Below, one piece after another: positions 13,420 through 25,450 of a stretch of DNA of 64,000 nucleotides. The notes below the pieces were generated by a model. The model saw only the letters and a list, made by a program, of their open reading frames with translations. It was not told the DNA's origin and did no database searches. Every line of letters starts with the position of its first letter. Within the stretch, counting starts at the first letter, position 1. A program made the translations under genes and the position numbers. Source of the stretch: Octopus vulgaris (taxonomy: Eukaryota). Location of the stretch: NCBI GenBank assembly GCA_951406725.2, contig OX597831.1:36704001-36768000 (forward strand), read 5' to 3'.

Positions 13420-13870
13420 TGACATGAAGCTAAACCTACTGATACAACAATAGAAGCTGAAATGTCGTATACTTTGAAAACTACCCTCTAGAGGTCGATG
13501 TCTCTGATTGCCTACCATTTTGTATATAAAAATTTCAATCATGAAATTGGAATTATATCTGTATATATTCGTCTAAATACATCAACAATGTATTGTTGCA
13601 CAATGTCTAATAAAATGGCCCAATAGACCTGATATGCAGTTAAAATCAATATTATGTGAAATATATAATGTGAAAAAGGCGAACTTAAAAACTCATTCTA
13701 GGTATCCGTATCAATATATAATGTATATATGATTGCACTGGACCTAACCTTTATTTATCTCTCTCACACACACAAAAAATAATTAAATGCAGAGTAAAAC
13801 TGCCCAATGATTTTGTTTTATTTTAAAACAAGAGAGTTGATTCAGTTTACATTAGCTTTATTTACATAGC
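12026..13870. repeat. ~920-bp tandem duplication, second copy mosaic (probable assembly artefact)
   Basis: 12026-12945 repeats at 12946-13870; copy 2 contains patches of sequence from 14005-14210. Confidence 0.9.
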
Positions 13871-13903
13871 ATTCGAGTTGCATTCAATTAGATATTTTAT
13901 ATA

Positions 13904-14215
13904 TCTGGGAGCTTAGTGGTGCTCCTATAATCACCTCTCTTTGGGGCTTTTGTTGCTCTTGGCTTCAGTTTAGTTTGAGGATAGGAGTCCTGGTAGTCAG
14001 TCTTCTCTGGTGATCAGGTGTCCGTGCTAAGCTCAGCATCAATACAGTGGTGGAAAAATGAGCTCATCAGGAGCAGGTTGTTTTAAAGAGAGTCGATTTG
14101 GCCCAGGGTGGAAACACAGCAGGTAAAAGACCCTGTGTCGAACAATAGTGGGATGATGCCTGTGAATAGTTGCCAGCTGGCAGCCTGTTCGATACAACTA
14201 AACACCAAACTCTTT
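13904..14215 (+). ncRNA. RN7SL: 7SL / SRP RNA, full-length copy (probably a pseudogene or retrocopy)
   Basis: Colinear with metazoan 7SL: gatcaggtgtccgtgctaagctcagcatcaata, caggttg, helix 8 ggcccagggtgGAAAcacagcagg, agtgggat...gcctgtgaatag, cagcctg; ~312 nt; helix 6 pairs poorly. Confidence 0.85.
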
Positions 14216-14220
14216 AAGAA

Positions 14221-14266
14221 TCCAACCCATGCCAACATGAAAAGCAGACATTAAATGGTGATGATG
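14221..14266 (+). mobile_element. RTE LINE extreme 3' tail directly after the 7SL copy
   Basis: tccaacccatgccaacatgaaaagcagacattaaatggtgatgatg matches tails at 6392-6460 and 25820-25862. Confidence 0.8.
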
Positions 14267-14267
14267 T

Positions 14268-14477
14268 CACTCTTTACTCTTTTACTTGTTTCAGTCATTT
14301 GACTGCAGCCATGCTGGAGCACCGCCTTTAGTCAAGCACATTGACCCCAAGACTTATTCTTTGTAAGTCTAGTACTTATTCTATCGGTCTCTTTTGCTGA
14401 ACTGCTAAGTTACGGAGACGTAAACACACCAGCATCGGTTATCAAGTGATGTTGGGGGGACAAACACAGACACACAA

Positions 14478-14508
<31 letters not shown>

Positions 14509-14672
14509 CATATATACGACGGGCTGCTTTCAGTTTCCGTCTACCAAATCCACTCACAAGGCTTTGGTCAGTCTGAGGCCATAGTAGAAGACACTTGCCC
14601 AAGGTGCCAAGCAGTGGGACTGAACCCGAAACCATGTGGTTGGTAAGCAAGCTACTTACAACTCAGCCACTC
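14268..14672 (-). mobile_element. Full-length SINE A
   Basis: Reverse complement of 44640-45062. Confidence 0.9.
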
Positions 14673-15113
14673 TTCATTTTTCTGAATTAGAGGTATGCAT
14701 ATATATACTTATAAGCTAGCTTAGTTCTCTATTTCTCTTTACACAAAGGCTTTGTGCTGCTCTTCAGAGCTTCATGTTTGAAGCTCTGATGAAGCTATAG
14801 AGTGAAACTCAAACACTCACCTATGAGTGCATTGCATCTAATAGCAAAAACTGCTGTAAGCTAATAAAGTTCATAACATAATTGTTAATTTCTTTGCCTT
14901 TCCAAATTCTTATTATTGCTTTGTACTCAACTGACGCTACATTCTGATGCATATATATACTGAGTTCTAACACCAGGCTTTTCTTATTGCAATGCCTAAT
15001 CAATATAAATATATATATACACACATATATAATTGTTAAACAAGACTGCAAACATTAAAGGAAGGCAAACATCTCAAGTCGTATACAGTATTATTATAAG
15101 AAGAAATTAAAAA

Positions 15114-15167
15114 TCTTACAGCTGTTTCTGGGATATCCTTGAGTATGGGATATTTCATCATCAGAGA
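15114..15167 (-). ncRNA. Minimal type I hammerhead ribozyme motif
   Basis: tct-CTGATGA-tgaaatatcc-catactcaa-ggatatccca-GAAAC-AGCT-GTA-aga: palindromic stem III ACAGCTGT, GUA site. Confidence 0.75.
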
Positions 15168-15226
15168 CAAATAGGGGTTAAAAAAATAGGGAAAACGAGA
15201 ATGGTATATATTAATAAGATGACCAG

Positions 15227-15368
<142 letters not shown>

Positions 15369-15377
15369 ATATATATC

Positions 15378-15620
15378 ATCATCATCATTATCATCATTAT
15401 GGTTTAACATCCATTCTCCATGCTGATATGGTTTGAACATTTGGACAAGTTCTGGCAAACTAGAGGAACATGCCAAGTTCTGTTGTCTGTTCTGGCCATG
15501 GTTTCTGCAGCTGGATGCCCTTCCTAATGCCAACCACTTTACAGAGTGTACTGGGTGCTTTCTCTGTGGCACCTGTACATTTGAGGTCACCAAGTAACCT
15601 GCAAGACAAGACAAATCCCT
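15378..15620 (-). mobile_element. RTE LINE 3' tail
   Basis: (CAT)n, ctggatgcccttcctaatgccaaccac. Confidence 0.75.
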
Positions 15621-15779
15621 TCAACTGGGGAGAGCAGTATTGAGCGAGGTGGCTGTGTGCCAGTTGGTAAGATGCTAGAAGGATAAAAGAATGATAGGTG
15701 CCATGTTGTGGAAGAGATGTAGGGATATCCCAGAAGATAGAGTTGGATGGTAGTAACTGAAGGTAAGAGACAGAGGGGT

Positions 15780-16420
15780 GGTTCAGGAGAGGAAGAGGTT
15801 ATGTTAAATATGTGATCATGTATGAAAAAGGGACAGCTGTGTGAAAAAGTGTCATTCCTTAGTAGTAAAGGGAACCTGTGGAAGAGGTAGACCCAGGAAG
15901 ACCTGGGATGAGGTGGTGAAGCACTACCTTCAAACATTGGGTCTCACAGAAGCAATGAGGAGTTGTCGAGACCTTTGGAGATATGCTGTGCTTGAGAAGA
16001 CCCAGCAAGTCAAGTGAGACTGTAACTGTGGCCTATGCCAGTGCAGTATAACTGGCCCATTTAAGAGTACCCTTCAATCATTGGGCAATAAACTGCACTT
16101 GCGAAGTCCTGTTGTGTCAAGTGAAGTCATTGTCATGACCACTGACCATACTGCCTGATTGGCCCCCATGCTAGTGGCACGTAAAAGGCACCATTCGAGT
16201 ATGGTCTTTCCCAGTGCTGCCTGACTGACTCCCATGCTGGTGGCACATACAAAGCACTATTCAAGCGTGGTTGATACCAGTAGTGCCTGACTGGCCCTCA
16301 TACCAGTGGCACATAAAAAGCACCCACTACCCTCTCAGAGTGGTTGGCATTTGGAAGGGCATCCAGCTGTAGAAACTTTGTCAAATCAAATTGGAGCCTG
16401 GTGCAGCTTTCTGGTTCACA
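15780..16420 (+). mobile_element. RTE-clade LINE 3' end (ORF C-terminus plus repeat-containing 3' UTR)
   Basis: Peptide DSCVKKCHSLVVKGTCGRGRPRKTWDEVVKHYLQTLGLTEAMRSCRDLWRYAV resembles the GRPRxTW...DR..WR RTE end. Confidence 0.85.
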
Positions 16421-16467
16421 AGATGTATATCTAAAAGTTGGCCATTAGTTTGTGGATTAGTAAAGTA

Positions 16468-16689
16468 CAGTAGTCCCTTGACTATCGCAGGTGTTACAGT
16501 CCAAAAAACCCCTGTGATACGGGAAAATCTGTGAAGTAGAAACAATATTGTACTGTATATTTTTTTTTTATTTTTGTAATTTGTATATATTTATTTTATT
16601 ATAAATGCACAACAGCACCATCGAGGAATCGACGTAAGCTTAAATAATAAACTGCGATAGGTGAACAGCGATATGGTGATGGATTAGTG
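16468..16689. mobile_element. Tigger/pogo-like MITE
   Basis: TA-cagtagtcc...ggattagtg-TA imperfect terminal inverted repeats. Confidence 0.65.
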
Positions 16690-16739
16690 TAATTACTGCA
16701 TTAGACAAAATACCTAGCAATATTTGTTCATGCCCTAAA

Positions 16740-17490
16740 GCTGTGAGCTGGCAGAATTGTTAGCATGCCGGGCGAAATGCTTGGCAGTATTTTGTCTGTC
16801 TTTATGTTCTGAGTTCAAATTCTGCCGAGGTTGACTGTGCCTTTCATCCTTTCGAGGTCAATAAATTAAGTACCAGTCATGTACTAGGGTCGATCTAATT
16901 GACTGGCCCCCTCCCCAAAAATGTTGGTCCTTGTGCCTTGAGTAGAAAAGAATATCAAAGGTGGTGAGCTGGCGGAATCGTTAGCACACCGGGCGAAATG
17001 CGTAGCCGTATTTCGTCTGCCGTTAAGTTCTGAGTTCAAATTCCGCTGAGGTTGACTTTGCCTTTCATCCTTTCGGGGTCGATTAAATAAGTACCAGTTA
17101 CGCACTGGGGTCGATATAATCGACTTGATCCATTTGTCTGTCCTTGTTTGTCCCCCCTGTGTTTAGCCCCTTGTGGGTAGTAAAGAAATAGGCATTTCAT
17201 GTCTTTACATTCTGAGTTCAACTTTGCCTTTCATCCTTTCAAAGTCAATAAATTAAGTACTAGTCGTGTACTGGGGTCAGTCTAATCGACTGGCCCCCAC
17301 TCCCCAAAAATTTCGGGCCTTGTGCCTAGAGGAGAAAAGAAGTTCAATTCCCTCTGAGGTCAAATTCACTTTCCATCTTCATCTTTCTGAGATCAACAAA
17401 ATAAGGTATTTTGTACAGGATAGTACAGGATAGTATTTTAATGATATTCAACACTTCACCCCCAAAATTCTCAGCCCTTGTGCCTATGTG
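16740..17490 (+). mobile_element. Cluster of four SINE B copies and fragments in tandem
   Basis: Repeated gagttcaaattc...gcctttcatcctttc units. Confidence 0.85.
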
Positions 17491-17667
17491 AGTTATTATA
17501 TTTGACAAATTGAAACAACTAAGTAGGATTTCAATCATTGGTATTATTTAGTAAAGAAATGGAAAAATAAATAAATAAATAAACAAAAGTTATTTCCCAA
17601 AGTCGTACTTGATTGCTGTTATAAATGTTGTTTGCAATTAACCAATCACACTTCAAAGACCATTTAC

Positions 17668-17747
17668 CTTCAGTATTTAAGTACAAATAAATTGAATCAA
17701 GCAAACGTGGATTATAAACTGATATAAATTGAGACATGCGAAAAATA
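17668..17747 (-). CDS. Possible isolated internal exon (IFRMSQFISVYNPRLLDSIYLYLNTE)
   Basis: T-tract TAG acceptor and AG|GTAAAT donor flank an 80-nt open frame in non-repeat sequence; no homology recognised. Confidence 0.2.
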
Positions 17748-18252
17748 CTAAAAAAAAAGAAGTCCCCCAAAAGACTCAATAACTTTTGAATTCATCAATA
17801 AAAGATAATATGGTGTGAAATTTTAATTTCTTTTTCTTTTGTTTTGTATCATTTATTTAATTTCAGTTTTAATTTATATTTTGATTTTTTTTTTCTTTAA
17901 ACTCTTCTTTTTATTTTGTGAATCATAAGCTCTTTGACATTTATAATTACTTTGAAATGAATTTAAGTGAAATGGTTATTTCTATTAAAAATTCAAAAGA
18001 ATTCTCTTCCATATTTCATAACTAAATTCTTACTATATTCTTTTAATAATAAAAAAAACAAAAAAAATCAAAAAACAAAAATAAAAAAAAAAAACTTTGT
18101 TACATTAATGAAGTTGTTGGCTTTCATACATTGGAAACTCTTGGTAATAATTAAAAGATTATCTTTCAGTTATTTCATTGTTGCCTTGCATATGATCATT
18201 AATATCATCATTATCATCATCAACACAACCACCACCACCATCATCATCATCA

Positions 18253-18651
18253 TCTATATATATACAAAGTTGAAGCTGTCTGTGTATTGCAGGTTTGGTA
18301 GCCTTCAACTAACACTATCTCCTCTGAGACCCTGCGGTGCAAGTTGACCAAAATTGAGAGTATGATAGAAGAAGGCTTGCTCTTCATTCCGTAAAGGAAA
18401 AAATTCAAATTGGACCATGTTAACACCAAAAATTATTTACATCAAAAAGGTGCTTTTTTTTCTATGAAAATCCCTAATTTTGACGATTTTTTGACTGCTG
18501 TGTCACCATTTTTCGTTGTATTTCAACCAGAAAAATGTTCACTTAAAGAGAATAACAAGCTACATGAGGCAAAATTTTTACTTTTCGAAAATTCCAATTC
18601 TAAAGGGTCGAAAAGGAAACAAGCCCGAGAAATGCTGGGCTACATGGCTAG
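18253..18651 (+). mobile_element. Non-autonomous Helitron (same family as 63284-63671)
   Basis: 5' TCtatatat, 3' gcccgagaaatgctgggc hairpin and CTAG, A|T junction. Confidence 0.8.
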
Positions 18652-18884
18652 TTAATATTATTTATGACATTGAACTGTCGGAATTGTTAACATGCTGGGC
18701 TGAAATGCTCAGCAGTATTTCATCCCTCTTTACATTCTGAGTTGAAATGCCCAATGAGCTTGACTTGCCTTTAATCTTTGCGAGGTTGATAAAACACGTA
18801 CCAGTTGAATACTGGGGTCGATGTAATTGACTTACACCCTCTTCCAAAACTGCTGGCCATCTGCCAAAATTTGAAACCATTATT

Positions 18885-19000
18885 ATCGTTGTTGTTGTTG
18901 TTGTTGTTTTCTTCTTCATCTTCATCTTCTTCTTCTTCATCTTCTTCTTCTCATTATTATTATTATTATTATTATCATCATCATTATTATTACTATTATT

Positions 19001-19035
<35 letters not shown>

Positions 19036-19106
19036 TATTATTATTATTATCATCATCATCATCATCATTATTATTATTATCATTATTATTATTTTTATTA
19101 TTATTA

Positions 19107-19191
<85 letters not shown>

Positions 19192-19214
19192 CATTATTAT
19201 TATTATTATTATTG

Positions 19215-19265
<51 letters not shown>
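18885..19265. repeat. Compound trinucleotide microsatellite (TTG/TTC/TTA/TCA)
   Basis: Direct reading. Confidence 0.95.
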
Positions 19266-19266
<1 letters not shown>

Positions 19267-19791
19267 TTTCCTTCGTAACACAGTATTGGTAAGAATGCAC
19301 CGGAGACTTAGTCGTCTGCCAAGTCACAACAAGGACCTCAGTCAGATAAAACTTTCCTTAAGATGTGCACTGTGCCCAGTAAGGCTGCTTTTTGTAAGAC
19401 ATCAATCTTGCATGGGATTTCCAGTTGCCTATTCTTCTTCTTCTTCTTCTTCTATATCGATCGCAGTGCATAACTGGTGCTTATTTAATCGACTCCGAAG
19501 GGATGAAAGGCAAAGTCGACCTTGGCGGAATTTGAACTCAGAATGTAAGTGCAGAGGAAATACTGCTGAGCATTTTGCCCAGTGTGCTATCGATTCTGCC
19601 AGGAAGTTGAAATTAGATTGCAGTGTTGTTTTTTCCAATGGAATATTGTAGCAGATGATGATGAGTTTATTTTGTCTAGTTCCTGCAATTTGATTCTTAA
19701 ATATTTGCGTAGTATCTGATATGGGCTTTGGAATGCCAACATTCCTCATTTTATCTTGGAATTTCCAAATATGTTTTGAAAGAAAAGTTAT

Positions 19792-19886
19792 CGCCTGCAG
19801 AAGAACCTGAACCCTCGACCCTCAGATGTCCTTATAATTAACTAATTCATAAAAGTTTGATGCTCTGCTAAATAAGCTATGCAGAT
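19792..19886 (-). tRNA. trnK-UUU: Intron-containing tRNA-Lys(UUU), probably a pseudogene
   Basis: atctgcatagcttatttagcagagcatcaaaCTTTTA-[22-nt intron 19828-19849]-atctgagggtcgagggttcaggttcttctgcaggcg, then TTTT; D-loop GG lost, T-loop and first acceptor pair mutated. Confidence 0.8.
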
Positions 19887-20809
19887 TGTAGGCCAACCAC
19901 AAATTTTTAAATATAATAAGAGAAGGAATGGAATACCTTATAACATGGCCTTAGATAAACTCTGAAATGATGGGAGGGTCATGGATGGAACGATTTTCGA
20001 TCATAGGTTTGCTAACATGGAAATTAACAACTAAAACAACAGCAACACTGTCATCAACAACAACAACAACAACAGACAATGTAGAATTTTAGGCCAATAT
20101 ACCATAAAGAAAACAAACCATGACTTTCGGTTTTGACATTGACGATGATGACGATGCTGATGACGCTGACAATGGCATTAATGTTGGTGATGTTGGCGGC
20201 GGCGATGGTGGTACCGACTCTGTGTCGGCAACAACAAATGGATGGAAGATGGCGGGGTGGAGTGGGGTGGGGTGGGTTGGGTTGGAGGGAGAAGATCTGG
20301 GGAAAGAGGGAGGGAGGGTGGATGAGAACGATGTTGACGTCAACAGCAACAGTAGTGTTGATGATGATGTATGCGCTCGGTAAACATTACCTCATCACTA
20401 TCAACAGCCGTCCAATCGAAAAGAGAAGTAAATAAACACACACAGTCTCCCCAATGAGAAATATATAGACTTTTGATATTCGTAGTCAATAGTGTTAGAG
20501 TAGATTGGTTTTTCATCTTGCTAACACCATTGGCTGTTAACTGATTGTTATTATTAAATGTTTTATTTGCCTTTGTTTCTTTGCCATTAATTTAATCTGT
20601 ATATTTCATCATTCACAATATAGGCACAGACATTGCTTTGTGGTTATGAAGTTTGCATCGCAACCTTATGTTTCATGGTTCGATCCCATTTCGTTACTCC
20701 TTGGCCAAGTGTCTTTCTACCATCACTCTTACACTTCGGTTGCTCAAGGATTTGTGAGTGGAATTTGGTGTACAGAAAGTGTAGGGTAACTAGGAAGCCA
20801 GACATATTC

Positions 20810-21156
<347 letters not shown>

Positions 21157-22417
21157 ACAAGTACCACTTGAAAAGGAAGTTGAGAATGGAGAGGTAGGAT
21201 TTGTCTTGTGAAAGTCTCAAAAAAAGGTGGGTGAATGTAGCAAAGATGGTACGTGCGAGTGACGAAACCACTTTGAGCATGATCCTGTAAATCGTAAAAG
21301 AGAGAGAGAGAGCACTTTGCTCTTATTTGTTTATTTCCTACCTGCCTGAGGTTACCGTGGTCTTTTCTGTAGGCTTTTCTTTCCATGGATGAACCTAATC
21401 TTGTTTCTTGTTAAATAAACTTTCTTTCTGTGATACACAATCCCTTTTGATTGCTTTATTTTTTTTCAGATCCCTTTTGATCGGAATTTACATTTGTTTC
21501 CTTTTTTTCCCTTTTCTTTTCCATCTTCGAAAACAAAAGATCTACATTTGTATTTGTCCCCTCTGTGTTCAGCCTTGTGTGGCCAATAAAGAAAGTTATC
21601 TATCTATCTATCTTTCTATCAGTTTGTCTGTCTGTCTATCTGTCTGCCCACGTGCATCGCCCGGGGTGAGGGGGGGGAGGTTGGGACTATGCTAGTGCAT
21701 CTTCCTGCTTGCCTCTCAGTATGTGTGCATGTGTGTCTGTCTGTCTCACTGTCTCCCTCTTTCTCTCTCTCTTTCTACACACACACACATATATATATAT
21801 ATATACAAATTTACATATGTATATATATATAGATATATGTGTGTGTGTGTAAGAATATATATGTATGTAAATGTATATAAACATGTATATGTGCATATAT
21901 GCATGTGTGTGTGTGTGTGTTTACATATGTATGTCTACATATATATGTGTGTGTGTGTGTGTGCCTGTGTATGTGTGTATCGATGTGTGTTTCAGAGCCT
22001 ATGGCTGATTCTGTTCACTTTTCTATTTTAGGTTATAAAAGTAAATATCTTACATATGGTTGTATGATAGCAATCTTAATTTTATTTCATAGTTTTATTA
22101 TCATATCACACCTTGTAGTAAGCAACTATGATGCTTGCTTCTGTCATAAACATAGAGACATTTCTGTGAGATACTAAACTGTGCCAAACTGTGTTGGAGT
22201 AACTTCTCTTCTGATGGTTGAGTGGCTACAAAACGATGTATGATAATCATGTTATACAAGGGGAGATGAATACTGTCCAGGAAAACATTTATAAGTGCTT
22301 TTTTGATAGTTTGGTTTGATCAGAGACTCTTTGGTGCAACAAATGATATAGTTGGTTCAGTCCCCGTGAGTGTTCTGTTCACTTCTATCTTAGATCACAT
22401 TAGCAAATATCACATAC

Positions 22418-22945
22418 ATCATCATCGTCATCATCGTCGTTTAACGTCCGCTTTCAATGCTGGCATGGTTTGGACGGTTTGACTGCAGGCTGGTGAACCA
22501 GAAAGCTGCACAGGCTCCAATCTGATCTACAGCTGGATGCCCTTCCTAATGCCAACCACTCTGAGAGTGTAGTGGGTGCTTTTACGTGCCACCAGCACAA
22601 GGGCCAGTCAGGCGGTTCTGGCAACAACCATGCTCAAAAGGTGTTTTTTACGTGCTATCTGAACGGGAGCCAGTCCGATGGCACTGGCAATGACCATGCA
22701 CGAATGTTGTTTCTTCACGTGCCACCAGCTCATGTACTAGTTAGGCAATGCTGGCAATGACCACACTCGAAATGTGCGTTTTACGTTCCACCAGCATGGG
22801 AGCCAATCAGCAGTCCTGGCAACGATCACACTCGGATGGTGCTTTTAACATTCCACTGACACAAGTGCCAATCAGGCAGTACTGTCATCGACCACGTCTG
22901 TGATTTTGATTTTGGTTTCACTTGCCTCAACAGGTCTTCACAAGT
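22418..22945 (-). mobile_element. RTE LINE 3' UTR with ~65-bp internal tandem repeats
   Basis: (CAT)n tail, gatgcccttcctaatgccaacc, about five acgtgccaccagc...ctggcaatgacca units. Confidence 0.8.
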
Positions 22946-23315
22946 AAACTTTATTATCCAATAAATGAGGGGTACTCATAAGTGGGCTGGTTACACCCAC
23001 TATACCTGTTTATATAATAGATATTGTCAATGCATATACACGTGTGATCGTTTTTACAATGGTTTAAAAATTGGTGTTTTGTATCTCTACACTGCAACCC
23101 ACATTATTAGGTAAATCAGCCTGCTCTCAATAAATAAATGTATATTCGTTCAAAACCTGTTGTTTTCTCACTGACTGTTGGCAACACTTATCTGCATAAT
23201 TTCTGTTAAAATAAATTGGATCCGCTCAGATGGAAACAAACAGTGGTCATTATCGTGTAGCAGCAACATTTCTGCTGTCCCAAATTATTAAGCAGGGGCC
23301 CAATTAAGTGTCATT

Positions 23316-24240
23316 ATGGGTTAGAAACGTAATCTTACCTCGAATGAGAAGTCTACCATCGTATCAGAGCCTGGAAAAGGAAAAACAACCATTGAAACAT
23401 GAAAAATACTGAAATGAGATCACTGAACATTGAAGAAATTTGTGCAGTCTCCTGTTTCTGTCTGGTCGAGGGCAGATAAGGGTGGGTTGAGGGTTGCTTT
23501 GAATTGTACTTTGTCAAGTGTGAAAAGGGAAGTTGTGTGGAACCCATGTCTGATAAGTAGAGAAGTCTTCAAACATTGTGGCAAGGAAGAAGCAGGTAAT
23601 CAAGAATGTTAGACCTGTTACAAGAGCCCCTTCTGAAGGCTTTTCATAAGCAGAAGAGACTGAAATGATCAGAAGAATACATGAAGATAGATTTTTTTAA
23701 ACAGTTCGGTCCACTGACAAATGCTGTACTACCCTTGATAGATCAGATGGCTGGAGTAAAGGTGGGTATCAATCAGTGGGAACCTTCCTCATCGTTTGAA
23801 ACACCAACAGCGGGGCGTTGGGAAGGGTCATGATTTGGACTGGCATCATTGATGATATGATGGTCAGGCAATGGAAAGTCCCAGATAGCATTAAGATGAC
23901 ATCAAAAACATATGTTACCTTCTTAAAAGACAATTTCCAAACGTGGTTCAAAAGGCGAAAACTTTCATTCAAGAGAAAGCTGGTCTTCATACAAAATAAG
24001 GCCTCATCTCATACAGTGAAGAATTCTAAGGAATACCTGCAACAAATAGGCTTCTCTGGAGGTCGTTTGATGGAGTGGTCACCTTGTTCCCTTGACTTAA
24101 ACCCAATTGAGAACCTGTGGAGTGTTGTTAAGCAGGATGTTTACCAAGATGGAAAACAGTTTTCATGTCAAGTTTCCCTCTGGGATGCTATTGTAGATGC
24201 TGCTCAAAGCATGACGCAAGAATCAGCATGTAAGGAAGGT
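23316..24240 (+). pseudogene. Tc1 transposase pseudogene
   Basis: VMIWTGII, FIQNKASSHT, WSPCSLDLNPIENLWSVVK motifs with stops and frameshifts. Confidence 0.9.
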
Positions 24241-24610
24241 TATTGCATGTGGAGGACCATACATCAAACATTAGGAGCTGTGCGACATCATAATCGCATG
24301 ATTATTTTCATTCCAACGTATTATTATGTTTACCATTAAGTTCTTCATGAATAATTTTTTTGTTAAACCTTTACTGTTGAATTAGATAAATGCTTGTTCT
24401 GACACAATTATCATTTTTATTATACTTGCCTGATAATTTGTGATGGGGGAAAATGTTGCCCAATCACGAAAATGGCTGCCATTTGTTGGCATCTGCGCAG
24501 ATCTGATTTATTTTAACAGAATGTGCAAAGATAGGTGTTGCCAACAGTCAATGGGAAAACAAAAGGTTTTGAACGAATATGCATTTATTTATTGAGAAAA
24601 GGTTGATTTT

Positions 24611-25450
24611 CATATGGCGTAGTGGTTAAGAGCATGGGCTACTAACCCCAAGATTCCACGTTCAGTTCCAAGCAGTGACCTGAACAATAACAATAATAAT
24701 AATAATAATATATTTCTTTATTGCCCACAAGGGGCTAAACATAGAGGGGACAAACAAGGACAGGCAAAGGGATTAAGTTGATTACATCGATCCCAGTGCG
24801 AAACTGGTACTTTATTTATCGACCCCGAAAGGACGAAAGGCAAAGTTGACCTCGGCGAAATTTGAACTCAGAACGTAGCGGCAGACGAAATACCACTAAG
24901 CATTTCACCTGGCACGCTAACATTTCTGCCAGCTTGCCGAATAATAATAAAATAGAAATTAGCAAAATGTGAAACTTGAAGACTAAAACAATACCTGCTA
25001 CCTAGCTCAGATATCAGGAAACCCCAAAATGGCAGAAATTCAAAAGATAGTGCCCATATCCTACGCAAAATACTTTCTATGTAATCTCAAGTTTTAAAAC
25101 AAACACATTATTTTCTTATGGTTTCTTAAACATTCTCTAGCACAACACTATGTACAAAACCAAATATATGGTGCCCTAGGCATATCACCAACATGAACTT
25201 TCAACTTGTTGTCTCTTGAGGTCTCTGGGTGAGACTTGGAGTCAACTTGTACAAATGTAACGCAAAAGTCAAACATGAAATAATAATAATAATAATAATA
25301 ACATTGTAAAATACCTTAGGAATGAAAACCCAGGTTCGAAATTTCCGCAAGACACATGATGAAAGCTGGAGGGTATATCAGCCGAAACATTGTGTTAACA
25401 ACAAACAAGATAAGGACAAATATCCGTCAAATGTAAATAATGTAAATAAA
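24611..25450 (+). mobile_element. tRNA-head/hammerhead element with 10-bp TSD, carrying nested SINE B (24712-24940, minus) and a LINE 3' end (24950-25300)
   Basis: aaaggttgat at 24598-24607 and 25448-25457; head 24611-24685; HHR 25352-25395 with C3 mutated. Confidence 0.8.
24950..25300 (+). mobile_element. R4/Dong-like LINE 3' end inserted in (TAA)n
   Basis: PKMAEIQK...AHILRKILSM* resembles the C-terminus of RLE-type LINEs; 3' UTR gaggtctctgggtgagacttgga; ends in (TAA)n. Confidence 0.55.

Noticed and set aside
14760-14830. CTGATGA...GAAAC next to a tcagagcttca/tgaagctctga hairpin
   Set aside because: No convincing stem III, UH site or stem I arrangement for a hammerhead
18662-19327. 221-aa poly-N/D ORF (also poly-A/T 31012-31470, poly-D 25784-26122)
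   Set aside because: Trinucleotide arrays open in several frames on both strands, with no domain or splice support
22590-22900. Regularly spaced ~65-bp repeats resembling a CRISPR array
   Set aside because: Whole units are homologous (no unique spacers), they lie in an RTE 3' UTR, and there are no cas genes in this eukaryotic context
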